In this document: positions 9,580 through 18,062 of the stretch, one piece after another
Layout of the letters: each line of letters begins with the position of its first letter
How positions within the stretch are numbered: the stretch's first letter is position 1
Sequence record: OQ992562.1
Reading direction: 5' to 3' (one strand)
Length of the DNA stretch: 64,000 nucleotides
The notes under the pieces: model-generated
Told to the model about the DNA's origin: nothing
The model's input: only the letters and a program-made list of their open reading frames with translations
The model's database searches: none
Position numbers and translations under genes: made by a program

Positions 9580-9808
9580 AATCATCCTAATTGTTGCATG
9601 GGTATGGGTAATCTCTCTTATGGGAATGATTACGTATGTTCTTTATGATACGTATCAATTTCGTAAGAAATTAGAAATGCCTGTTGTAGAATGGGAAGAT
9701 AAGGCGAAGGACACTCCTGTTAAGAAGTGTCCAGATGAAGTATTATTCGCTGAAGACCCAAAGGATGGCAAACTCAAAATGGGATGCCCTGAGAGTTATA
9801 AGAAATAA
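9569..9808 (+). CDS. single-pass membrane protein with two C-terminal Cys
   Basis: IILIVAWVWVISLMGMITYVLY; KKCPDE...MGCPES. Confidence 0.7.
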   Translation: MITRIILIVAWVWVISLMGMITYVLYDTYQFRKKLEMPVVEWEDKAKDTPVKKCPDEVLFAEDPKDGKLKMGCPESYKK

Positions 9809-9810
9809 TT

Positions 9811-9834
9811 AGAGGACCTTCGGGTCCTCTTTTT
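9811..9834 (+). terminator. intrinsic terminator closing the exported-protein operon
   Basis: agaggacc-ttcg-ggtcctct plus tttt. Confidence 0.85.
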
Positions 9835-9890
9835 AACCGACTGGACGGTTAAAACTAGGTGGGATAAATTAAACTATTTGAGGAAATCTA

Positions 9891-9998
9891 ATGCAACTTA
9901 GTAATGAACTTTTCTATGTGGGTATGGTAGCTGTATCAATGTCAATCGGTATGCTATTTAGCTATATTTATCACACTCATAAGAAAAAATATAAATAA
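9891..9998 (+). CDS. 35 aa single-TM microprotein
   Basis: Read manually: [35 protein letters not shown]; GAGGA RBS; hairpin 10008-10027 follows. Confidence 0.6.
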   Translation: MQLSNELFYVGMVAVSMSIGMLFSYIYHTHKKKYK

Positions 9999-10054
9999 AG
10001 TCATAAACCCTCTCCCAAAGGAGAGGGCTTTTACATTAAATTTTTTTTGAAATC

Positions 10055-10062
10055 TATATTAC
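10055..10062 (+). promoter_or_regulatory. early promoter core TATATTAC
   Basis: Motif after hairpin, upstream of ORF 10102. Confidence 0.65.
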
Positions 10063-10101
10063 ACTAATACAACATTAAACTATTAAATAGGTAATTAAAA
10101 A

Positions 10102-10476
10102 ATGAATGAAAATATTAAACGCTCATTTATTGGTATGCCACTGTCTATCAATATTGGTAAAGATATTGATTTATCAATGTATGAACGAATTGTATTTGTA
10201 TCACAAGTAGATAAAAATGATATAAAATACTTTGTTTATAAATTAAATAAATCCAAATTTAAACATGAACCAAATGTAGTTAATTACGCCGAAACAGATA
10301 AGGATATTATTATTTATCCCCCGCTTGATTTCATTCAGACAATTAATGAATATTATCGAGTATCATTGGAAAATGAATTTATGTGTCATCCTGTTATTCT
10401 AAAAGCAGATGATAGTAATAATCAAGAAGTATTTTTGAAAACTATTAAAATGGTACATGAGTATGTCGATGAATAA
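10102..10476 (+). CDS. hypothetical protein
   Basis: 124 aa ORF. Confidence 0.7.
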   Translation: MNENIKRSFIGMPLSINIGKDIDLSMYERIVFVSQVDKNDIKYFVYKLNKSKFKHEPNVVNYAETDKDIIIYPPLDFIQTINEYYRVSLENEFMCHPVILKADDSNNQEVFLKTIKMVHEYVDE

Positions 10477-10924
10477 CTGCGCATTTATTAATTTAAGGCA
10501 ACGTTTAGTTAATGATAAACTAACCTATGTGATTCATCCCATAGTGAAGGTTTATGATTTCACTAGAAAGGCTATTAGACAATTAACTGATTTTGCTATT
10601 TTAGATAGTTATAACTTCCCAGAGGAAACTTCCAATATTAGTGTTCAGCCAACTATCACAGATGATACTAATAATAGAAATTCTTTGATACATCTTGGGG
10701 TTATAGAAGAGCCTGATTTTGGACCAACTAGATTATACGCCATCTTAGATAGAGAAATCAAAGATGATTCTAATCTAATTGAAACAACTGATGATGGCTG
10801 GTATACATTGGATGAGTTAATTCTAGTTGAAGACGATATGGATGAATTCGCGCGACTTATTGTTCAGTACTTGCGAACTATTCCGAGGAAGCCACAATGG
10901 TTAACTTCGACAAAAGATGTTTAG
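10457..10924 (+). CDS. hypothetical protein, possibly degenerate Nudix fold
   Basis: ITDDTNNRNSLIHLGVI and GWYTLDEL...MDEFARLIV resemble the C-terminal half of some Nudix-fold proteins; no Nudix box. Confidence 0.5.
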   Translation: MSMSMNNCAFINLRQRLVNDKLTYVIHPIVKVYDFTRKAIRQLTDFAILDSYNFPEETSNISVQPTITDDTNNRNSLIHLGVIEEPDFGPTRLYAILDREIKDDSNLIETTDDGWYTLDELILVEDDMDEFARLIVQYLRTIPRKPQWLTSTKDV

Positions 10925-11127
10925 AAATAGAGCCTAATCAGTTAGGTTATGTATTTACAAAGATCGGTTGGGAAATATGTGTTACTATTGGCATACGACA
11001 TATATGTGCTAAAACCTATTATACAGTGTATTCACTTAATGATAAATGCATTTATTACATTGAGCATTCAGCGCAATTTACTAAACGCATAAAACCAAAC
11101 TATATACAAAGGTTTCATGTTCTATGA
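10897..11127 (+). CDS. hypothetical protein (start uncertain)
   Basis: 76 aa ORF filling the gap, ATGA overlap with next gene. Confidence 0.5.
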   Translation: MVNFDKRCLEIEPNQLGYVFTKIGWEICVTIGIRHICAKTYYTVYSLNDKCIYYIEHSAQFTKRIKPNYIQRFHVL

Positions 11128-11810
11128 TCAATACAACCGATAAAACTATAGTTGGTATAGGATTTGAAACAAAGGTTTCAGATTCACCGATTGAACAACC
11201 TGTAAAGAAAACTAAGACTCCTAAGATAAATAAACAAAAAGAATGGGAGAAAGTAGATGATCCGAGAGAATATACAAAAGAGGAACAAACTTCTCTCTTT
11301 GTAAATTGGCTTCAAAGCACACGTAATTACTGGCATAAACAGTATACCGATACTCAAAATACAGATAAGGCACTATCTATCAGAGATATGCTTGATGGAT
11401 TTATATATAGCATCGCAGCTGGCCTAGATGGCAATGATCCAAATATACCCGGATTCAAACTTATACCTAATGTTACTCAAGAGGATATTGACTACCTAAT
11501 AAGTATTGGTGAGAATTATTGGCCAGTAAACCCAGTTGAAAATTTAAAAGATAATATCCGTGCAAAGTGTGATGCAGTTGATATTTCTGGTAATCTACGT
11601 TATCAAGTTTCTAAGACATTTACGGAACCTTTCAAAGGACCACATGCACTATTGAACCATTTCCTTAGTTTAGCAGGTGAGAAACCTGTTAAGTATTACT
11701 CGGGTAATTTTACGCAAGAGCAACTTGCTATGTTAGTAGAAAAAGCTAAAGAAAAAGCGGAAAAGATACAATCACAAATAGCTGATGATATCAGTCGAAT
11801 AATGCGTTAA
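11124..11810 (+). CDS. hypothetical protein, paralog family B member 1
   Basis: LDGNDPNIPGFKLIP...VDISGNLR aligns with ORF 11855. Confidence 0.75.
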   Translation: MINTTDKTIVGIGFETKVSDSPIEQPVKKTKTPKINKQKEWEKVDDPREYTKEEQTSLFVNWLQSTRNYWHKQYTDTQNTDKALSIRDMLDGFIYSIAAGLDGNDPNIPGFKLIPNVTQEDIDYLISIGENYWPVNPVENLKDNIRAKCDAVDISGNLRYQVSKTFTEPFKGPHALLNHFLSLAGEKPVKYYSGNFTQEQLAMLVEKAKEKAEKIQSQIADDISRIMR

Positions 11811-11854
11811 TGAACTAATAAATTTATAAGCTACTGATAACAAGGTATGTAATT

Positions 11855-12229
11855 ATGATCTATTTTGAAGGCGATGGTAATGTTAAACCTGTAACACAGG
11901 AACAAGTTAAAGAACTATTTATTAGTAGTGTTGTCAATATGCGTGATAATGCTATCAATAACTCTAAACTTGATCAATTTACAGAACCAGCTGATCGGGA
12001 CAGGGCTGTAGCAGATAGTGTCATTACAGGTATGCTAGATATACTAGATGGCAATAATGACGATTGCCCAGCATTTCATTTAATTCCGGCAGTTGGTGAG
12101 GAAGAATATTTAGCGGCTGTGGAAGCAGGTGCTGATTATATTCCTTATGATGATGGCAGTGATAATTATCAGCCATTAGATTTAGCTGGTGAACTACGAG
12201 ATTATTTTATCTTTGTTAATAGGGGTTAA
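11855..12229 (+). CDS. hypothetical protein, paralog family B member 2
   Basis: LDGNNDDCPAFHLIP...LDLAGELR. Confidence 0.75.
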   Translation: MIYFEGDGNVKPVTQEQVKELFISSVVNMRDNAINNSKLDQFTEPADRDRAVADSVITGMLDILDGNNDDCPAFHLIPAVGEEEYLAAVEAGADYIPYDDGSDNYQPLDLAGELRDYFIFVNRG

Positions 12230-12231
12230 TA

Positions 12232-12666
12232 ATGACTGAGATAGTGATTGCACTCATCCTGTCAGCAATTATTGTTTATCTAATTAATATTTTTAAACAC
12301 CCAAAAATAATTTATGCCAATAGTGTAAATGATAATGTCTTCATTGTTACTGGTTGCTCTTATATATCTGAAAATAATGAAGATGGTACATTAACAACTT
12401 TTTCACCTAAATTAAATAATAGGTTAATAATTGATTTAACTAAAGGTCAGCCCAATAAAGACTTTTATATTTCAGTATTAGATAACACACTTAAATTCCA
12501 TCACACTGTTGATGAAATTATCACAGCTAATAAATGGGAAGCTTTATTTAAAATTAGCATAACTAAAGAGGATGTGTGTATCTCAGGAATACCTCTTAAA
12601 AATAAAAATATAAAATGTAATTTACACTGGGTTATAGCACCAAGTAAAATGGTGAATAAATTGTAA
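12232..12666 (+). CDS. N-terminally membrane-anchored protein
   Basis: IVIALILSAIIVYLINIF. Confidence 0.7.
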   Translation: MTEIVIALILSAIIVYLINIFKHPKIIYANSVNDNVFIVTGCSYISENNEDGTLTTFSPKLNNRLIIDLTKGQPNKDFYISVLDNTLKFHHTVDEIITANKWEALFKISITKEDVCISGIPLKNKNIKCNLHWVIAPSKMVNKL

Positions 12667-12679
12667 TAGTTATTATAAT

Positions 12680-12747
12680 GCCCTCCCATTGCGGGAGGGC
12701 TTATATTTTATTTTTTTGTATTTAAAGCATTTTAAACAGTATATTAC
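12680..12747 (+). promoter_or_regulatory. terminator hairpin plus early promoter (TATATTAC 12740-12747)
   Basis: gccctccc-attgc-gggagggc, T tract, ttttaaacagTATATTAC. Confidence 0.8.
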
Positions 12748-12790
12748 AAATGTGATAAAACTATCTAAATTGCAAATAGGTAAATCAATT

Positions 12791-13150
12791 ATGTTGGACT
12801 ATGCTTTGGAAAAGTGTCGTGAAATCCCTTATGTAAAACATCGTCAACGTGTTTATTCAGTCATTACTGATAAACGTGGTAGGATCATTAGTGAAAGCCA
12901 AAATATGTATGGTAAAACACATCCTGTTCAGAAACGTTATTCTCTAAAAGCAGGATTGTCCGATCTACGTTGTGAGATGCATAGTGAGTTGCGCTCTATC
13001 ATCCTCTCCAAGGGAAAAGGATATAGGATCTATGTTGCACGTGTCGGCGCTGATGGTAGGCCACTGGATGCATACCCATGCCCCACTTGTCAAATGGCAA
13101 TTAATGACCATGGCAAATTAAAAGAGGTAATTGTATCTATTGGTAAATAA
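12791..13150 (+). CDS. Zn-dependent cytidine/deoxycytidylate deaminase-fold protein
   Basis: HSE (HxE) and YPCPTC (PCxxC); start moved to ATG 12791 because the longer ORF starts inside the terminator/promoter. Confidence 0.8.
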   Translation: MLDYALEKCREIPYVKHRQRVYSVITDKRGRIISESQNMYGKTHPVQKRYSLKAGLSDLRCEMHSELRSIILSKGKGYRIYVARVGADGRPLDAYPCPTCQMAINDHGKLKEVIVSIGK

Positions 13151-13195
13151 TAACACTATAGTTAATTTAATTATTTATTTAAAAAGGAAAATACA

Positions 13196-13726
13196 ATGCC
13201 TAATGATTATTTAAATAATAAACCATCCAAATATCTTAGGAGGATTCACCTTACAGCAAATGGTACACTGACTACAACTGTAGAAGCATGCCTAGAATAT
13301 CAACCAGTTAGTGATGTCCATAAGTTTTATCCTTACTTCAATTTTACACCAGCAGAACTTTGGAATATATTTTCTGAATCTAGTTCTAATGTATTAACTA
13401 TTTTTGGTAAACCTGATACCAGTAAGTCAAACCTCACTAGAGAAATGCTGAATCATCGAGGCTGGGACGATAAAATTTATTTAGTTGATCGGTCTGATGT
13501 TTTAGAACATCCTGAATTTGCTAATCTCATTAGAGATTTTCCAAATGGGTCTGTTATTATTGCCGAGGATGTTGATAACGTAGTGCGTACACGCACAGGT
13601 GGTAATGGTGTTATGGCAGCTATCCTTAATGCCAGTGAAGGAATTGCCAAACGTAATATCAAATTAGTCATCACCACTAGCCTACCAGTACTTAAGGATA
13701 CTGATGTAGGTGTTTTGATGTTCTAG
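13196..13726 (+). CDS. degenerate/truncated AAA+ ATPase-like protein
   Basis: GKPDTSKS (broken Walker A), VIIAEDVD (Walker B), ILNASEG, LVITTS; ends before the Arg-finger region. Confidence 0.6.
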   Translation: MPNDYLNNKPSKYLRRIHLTANGTLTTTVEACLEYQPVSDVHKFYPYFNFTPAELWNIFSESSSNVLTIFGKPDTSKSNLTREMLNHRGWDDKIYLVDRSDVLEHPEFANLIRDFPNGSVIIAEDVDNVVRTRTGGNGVMAAILNASEGIAKRNIKLVITTSLPVLKDTDVGVLMF

Positions 13727-13746
13727 AATTTAATTAGGATCAAACT

Positions 13747-14166
13747 ATGAAAAATAAACGTCTAGTTGAAGTAGCAAAATATGCTTATTGTCTGGTTGGT
13801 GGACTTCCTAAACCAGAAGAAATGGATGAGGCTGAAAAAGAGTATTGGGCATCTATACCAAGTGTGGATATTAAATTAGCTTCATATTGGAAAATGGTCC
13901 CACCGCCACTATATGACCTAGTGATGAAATATAGTGAAACTGATTACGAAAGGTTTTATCCTCATCCTGGTGGCCCTTCTCTTAACACTGATGAACTTGA
14001 AACATTCAGGATTCCAGGTGAAGATGAGGGCGCACTTATTTGGCGCGATGTCTGCATTACTTGGTATAAACGACCAGGGCGTTGCATGTGTGTTTCACGC
14101 GACATCACAGATTATGAACTCGCGCAACTTGAATTGGAACTTATCAAGGCTATCGCAAAACCATGA
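13747..14166 (+). CDS. hypothetical protein
   Basis: 139 aa ORF, AGGA RBS. Confidence 0.75.
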   Translation: MKNKRLVEVAKYAYCLVGGLPKPEEMDEAEKEYWASIPSVDIKLASYWKMVPPPLYDLVMKYSETDYERFYPHPGGPSLNTDELETFRIPGEDEGALIWRDVCITWYKRPGRCMCVSRDITDYELAQLELELIKAIAKP

Positions 14167-14301
14167 CTGTATATTTCGAAGGCGCTGGTGAACCGCGTGC
14201 AGCCACATTCAGTGAAGTACGTGATCTGTTTGTAGACGCGGTGAAAAGCAATCGATATTTCCGATGGATTAGTCGATTATTTCAAACTGGTGAATAGTTG
14301 A
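14163..14301 (+). pseudogene. internally deleted, frameshifted remnant of paralog family B
   Basis: MTVYFEGAGEPRAATFSEVRDLFVDAVK joined out of frame to AIDISDGLVDYFKLVNS*, matching the two ends of ORF 11855. Confidence 0.7.
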
Positions 14302-14367
14302 TGAACTACAGCATCATCTAAACTCCCATTCTTGTGAGGATATCTCTACGTTCGATAAGGTTAACAC

Positions 14368-14580
14368 ATGAATGACCAAGCTGATCTATTGATCGAGTAT
14401 TATAAATCACGTGGTCTTGGTGGCGTAATGGCTACTCATAACCTTCATACTCAGATCAATGAACATCACACTATCTATGGTGGTGGTTGGACTGAGGAAA
14501 CAGAGAAGGCTGCCAAATCTATCCGCCGTCGGATGAACCGTAATTCCATCGTAGAAATAAACGTGTGGAAGAAGAAGTAA
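14368..14580 (+). CDS. hypothetical protein
   Basis: 70 aa ORF, AAGGT RBS. Confidence 0.65.
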   Translation: MNDQADLLIEYYKSRGLGGVMATHNLHTQINEHHTIYGGGWTEETEKAAKSIRRRMNRNSIVEINVWKKK

Positions 14581-14620
14581 TTTATTCATATTTTTTAATC
14601 CAACTAAAAGGAAATTGTAA

Positions 14621-14854
14621 ATGCAACATGTAACTGTAAAAACTATGAACTCTGGACTGAAAGTTATTGATCTGGATGGTATCCGACTCAAAGACAAAAA
14701 TATTATCCAGCTACGTTCTATTATGAATCACGATGCTGCAAAGCAATCATCAGCTTTCATGCATCACGATAGCCAATTCAATAATGTACGTATTGAATTT
14801 TGGCGCGAACCATCAGCGCGAATTATCTCGCTGATTAAAGATGCGGTCGCATGA
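14621..14854 (+). CDS. hypothetical protein
   Basis: 77 aa ORF, AAGGA RBS. Confidence 0.7.
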   Translation: MQHVTVKTMNSGLKVIDLDGIRLKDKNIIQLRSIMNHDAAKQSSAFMHHDSQFNNVRIEFWREPSARIISLIKDAVA

Positions 14855-14881
14855 CCGCTTTCTTTCAAGAAGGTAACTAAT

Positions 14882-15160
14882 ATGTCTATCTCTGATGTAG
14901 TATTTGAAGCTGCTGTCAAAAGTGGCGTTAGTCTTGAACACCTTGATAAAGAAGAACCTATTCTAAAAATTCGCTCTGTTAAAGAAAGTGATGGATGGGA
15001 TATCATCCTCTATTATCCTGGTAAGATTACCAAGACTGTGAAACTACTATCAAGCGATGTAGCTGGGTCAGATGCATCAAAGTTTATTGAACATGTATTT
15101 GGAGATGTTCAATTTGCTAAAGAAGCAGTACGCAATGCTGAAGGCATTGTAATAAAATAA
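14882..15160 (+). CDS. hypothetical protein
   Basis: 92 aa ORF, AAGGT RBS. Confidence 0.7.
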   Translation: MSISDVVFEAAVKSGVSLEHLDKEEPILKIRSVKESDGWDIILYYPGKITKTVKLLSSDVAGSDASKFIEHVFGDVQFAKEAVRNAEGIVIK

Positions 15161-15186
15161 TCAATCTGGAAAAAAAGGAAATATAA

Positions 15187-15606
15187 ATGTATATTGATGA
15201 AAAGTACTGGGCTCATTCTGTAAAAGCTATGGATAACAAACATCCAGTTTTGATGAATGTGCATGGTCTTCATTGGTGTTCACCATCTTTGGTTAATTGG
15301 AGCCTAACTGCTGTCAAACGGGATGGGTCACTTTCATCAAAAGAAGTGTTTGATATCACTAGCAAATATGTCAGCCATCTCATTGATCATGAAGTTAAAA
15401 TCGTTAATGATCAATTGGTCTACCTGATCAAAAATAATCTGATTAGTGGCATTACTGAGCTTGATGATGGTTTCTTTGTATTTGCAAATATTGATGGCGA
15501 GTCATGGTCCATGCATGTTGTAATTGAATGCTTGATGGAACATGAAGAAGATTGGGAAAAACTCGCTGCCGTTAAGTACAATGAGTTGACCATTTCTGCA
15601 TTCTAA
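15187..15606 (+). CDS. hypothetical protein
   Basis: 139 aa ORF, AAGGA RBS. Confidence 0.75.
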   Translation: MYIDEKYWAHSVKAMDNKHPVLMNVHGLHWCSPSLVNWSLTAVKRDGSLSSKEVFDITSKYVSHLIDHEVKIVNDQLVYLIKNNLISGITELDDGFFVFANIDGESWSMHVVIECLMEHEEDWEKLAAVKYNELTISAF

Positions 15607-15684
15607 TTAATTATGAAAATGGGGGTCTAAAGACCCCCTATCTATTTAATAGAATGAAACTAATCTTAATAATGGTGAATACTA

Positions 15685-15981
15685 ATGAATAAATATTACC
15701 ATTTGAAGAAACAGAAGGATGCTACATGGACAATTGAATTTCTAGGAAAGATGCGTAATTTTAAATTCAACCATGTAACTAAAAATAAAAATAGTTGGGT
15801 TAGCATGGGTATTGAAGGTTATCCAGCACTTAAATTTAACTGTGATGGATTTGGTAGATTAGAAAGTATTCAACCCATTGATGATGATTTAACCATCGAT
15901 GAAATATTTATTCCACGTAAACATTCTGTTTCACAGTGTATCGATATAACAACACTTTATATGGGTGGTCAATGTGACTGA
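15685..15981 (+). CDS. hypothetical protein
   Basis: 98 aa ORF. Confidence 0.65.
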   Translation: MNKYYHLKKQKDATWTIEFLGKMRNFKFNHVTKNKNSWVSMGIEGYPALKFNCDGFGRLESIQPIDDDLTIDEIFIPRKHSVSQCIDITTLYMGGQCD

Positions 15982-16411
15982 GATAATATTAGTTATTTTA
16001 TCATTGTTTGTTCTTTCAGTCATAACCGGCTATTGTATAACCCGGTTAGAGAAAACCGAAGATATAGCCTATTATGTTAAATCAATTACGTATTACTTAG
16101 GTGAACCCGGTGATACATTTTTTAATAGTGAACCCAAAGTAATACAGCTGGATAACCCTGTAAAACTAGTTTTCACTAATGAACCAGTTCAAATAAAAAC
16201 ACTTTATTTAGACCTAAATAAGAAAGAATTATACCTTAATCATCCCGAACATGCTTGTATTGTGATGCGTGTTATTTTCTTTTTAAATTATCATAACCAG
16301 AAAAAACTCATAGGTTATTCAGATGAATACTATCATGACAATGAGTATGTTGATAGTGAGTTTGATATGACCATAAAGAAAATTAGCGTAGAATGCTATA
16401 AAGGTTTATAA
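15965..16411 (+). CDS. N-terminally membrane-anchored protein
   Basis: IILVILSLFVLSVITGY. Confidence 0.65.
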   Translation: MVNVTEIILVILSLFVLSVITGYCITRLEKTEDIAYYVKSITYYLGEPGDTFFNSEPKVIQLDNPVKLVFTNEPVQIKTLYLDLNKKELYLNHPEHACIVMRVIFFLNYHNQKKLIGYSDEYYHDNEYVDSEFDMTIKKISVECYKGL

Positions 16412-16447
16412 TGGTCAATTTTATAGACCATCAATCAGGAGTTAATA

Positions 16448-16879
16448 ATGAGTGTTCTACAACCGCTAGGAAGTTTCCCAGTATATAAGAAAACTATTGG
16501 TGAAACTCGATTTCTATTAGACCATGATGTTGCTATCAGTATGGTTACAACTGAGCAAGGTAGTTTTATGACAGCCCCACTGAAAACAGATGGGGTAGAG
16601 TTTAATCTATCTGAAGTCTTTGGTGATTACAAAAAATTTGATAATGTGATTGTAGATAAACTCTACTATCGTGATTTATCTGGTAAAATGCAGTCAAAGG
16701 TAGTGCCAACTATCCCTCAGCTTTATAAAGACATGGCTGTATTCAAAAGTGGTTATACCACTAAAATAAATAATCTCCGTTGGGGTTATTGTTTAACTAT
16801 TAAAAATGATGGTACTGCAAAAATTTGGACAGATGACAATAGTCCTATTTGTGGTGTGTCAATTCGTTTCACAATGTAA
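16448..16879 (+). CDS. hypothetical protein
   Basis: 143 aa ORF, AGGAG RBS; UUCG hairpin 16890-16907 follows. Confidence 0.75.
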   Translation: MSVLQPLGSFPVYKKTIGETRFLLDHDVAISMVTTEQGSFMTAPLKTDGVEFNLSEVFGDYKKFDNVIVDKLYYRDLSGKMQSKVVPTIPQLYKDMAVFKSGYTTKINNLRWGYCLTIKNDGTAKIWTDDNSPICGVSIRFTM

Positions 16880-16941
16880 CGTCATAATGGCCTCCCTTCG
16901 GGGAGGCTTTTATATCCTTTTATATAAACAGGTATATTCAA

Positions 16942-17244
16942 ATGAAAATGAATGATAAGGTAATCAAATCGACTCAGTATATGTTGGATAATACTGATAA
17001 ATTCATAAGTGCTGTTTTCTCTGGTGAGGATCGATACATTGATGCATGCGCTGGTCTGGTTGCTGCACATGGGGATAAAACTGAACAGTATCGTTATATC
17101 TGGGAAGAAGCTGGATTGGACTTTAACAAAGCCCAAGTAATATATTTTCTAACGTACACCAAATTACTAGGTGATACTCCTAAACATATGTCATGCCAAT
17201 GGGTTATCGATAACTATAATAAATATAATAAACTATTACCTTAA
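16942..17244 (+). CDS. hypothetical protein
   Basis: 100 aa ORF, AGGT RBS. Confidence 0.7.
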   Translation: MKMNDKVIKSTQYMLDNTDKFISAVFSGEDRYIDACAGLVAAHGDKTEQYRYIWEEAGLDFNKAQVIYFLTYTKLLGDTPKHMSCQWVIDNYNKYNKLLP

Positions 17245-17329
17245 TACGGGGTAATAGTTTATTATAATAAAATTTAAAGTTATATAACAACCATGCCAAA
17301 TAAAATAAATATTATCTGAGGTATCACAA

Positions 17330-17482
17330 ATGGAAGGAATGAAATATGTAGCATTGTTTTTAGTTATAGCGGTTTTAGGTAGTACGCTAATTGGTATTAA
17401 TAAAATTATCAATATAGGTGATATCGATGGATACCGATCAGAAAAAGAAAGAATCACCGAAATTCAATCCTATCATAAATAG
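17330..17482 (+). CDS. 50 aa single-TM microprotein
   Basis: Read manually: MEGMKYVALFLVIAVLGSTLIGINKIINIGDIDGYRSEKERITEIQSYHK; GAGG RBS. Confidence 0.6.
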   Translation: MEGMKYVALFLVIAVLGSTLIGINKIINIGDIDGYRSEKERITEIQSYHK

Positions 17483-17538
17483 CATCTTTAACAAGTCATG
17501 GCTGACTGAAGAGAAGAGTTGTAAAGAGGTAAAAAGAA

Positions 17539-17841
17539 ATGAGTTCAACAGTGAGCTGTCTAGCAAACGCGCTAGCTAATGGTATTAGTCTTATCGCTAA
17601 GAATAAAGTTCAAGTTGGTATGATTCTACAAGCAACACAGGATATTTGGATCATGCGTACTTGTAAAAAGAATGGTTATCTAGAATGGAAGTTTGCCGAT
17701 GAAGGAGATGACCTAACCGTATTAGGCGTTGATGAGGGTAATCCCGAAGGCGGCTTTAGAGTTTTAAATGCCGACAATTATAATCAAATTGAAACTGTAC
17801 AATGTACAGATATGGATGATATTCTTCACGCATATAACTGA
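17539..17841 (+). CDS. hypothetical protein
   Basis: 100 aa ORF, GAGG RBS. Confidence 0.75.
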   Translation: MSSTVSCLANALANGISLIAKNKVQVGMILQATQDIWIMRTCKKNGYLEWKFADEGDDLTVLGVDEGNPEGGFRVLNADNYNQIETVQCTDMDDILHAYN

Positions 17842-17849
17842 GGTGGTAT

Positions 17850-18062
17850 ATGTCAAATTCATTTAAAGCCGGTGACAAAGTTGTAGTCAATACAGATATT
17901 ATTAATAGCACCGGTGAATGCGGTTATGATCTTACACTATGTAAAGCTGGTACTGTAGTTATAATCGAATCTGTTAATGGAGACCATCTGTTAGTTTATC
18001 CATCTAATAGTGGTCCTAGTAATGGATTTTATGTTCATCTACATCAGGTTAATGCACAATGA
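17850..18062 (+). CDS. small beta-rich (SH3/KOW-like) protein
   Basis: FKAGDKVVV...KAGTVVIIESV; GAGG RBS. Confidence 0.6.
   Translation: MSNSFKAGDKVVVNTDIINSTGECGYDLTLCKAGTVVIIESVNGDHLLVYPSNSGPSNGFYVHLHQVNAQ

Noticed and set aside
12689-12790. N-terminal extension of the deaminase ORF
   Set aside because: Starts inside the terminator hairpin and runs through the promoter; ATG 12791 fits better
14030-14110. RPGRC in ORF 13747 as the displaced Arg finger of the broken AAA gene
   Set aside because: About 300 bp downstream within a separate RBS-led ORF; probably coincidental
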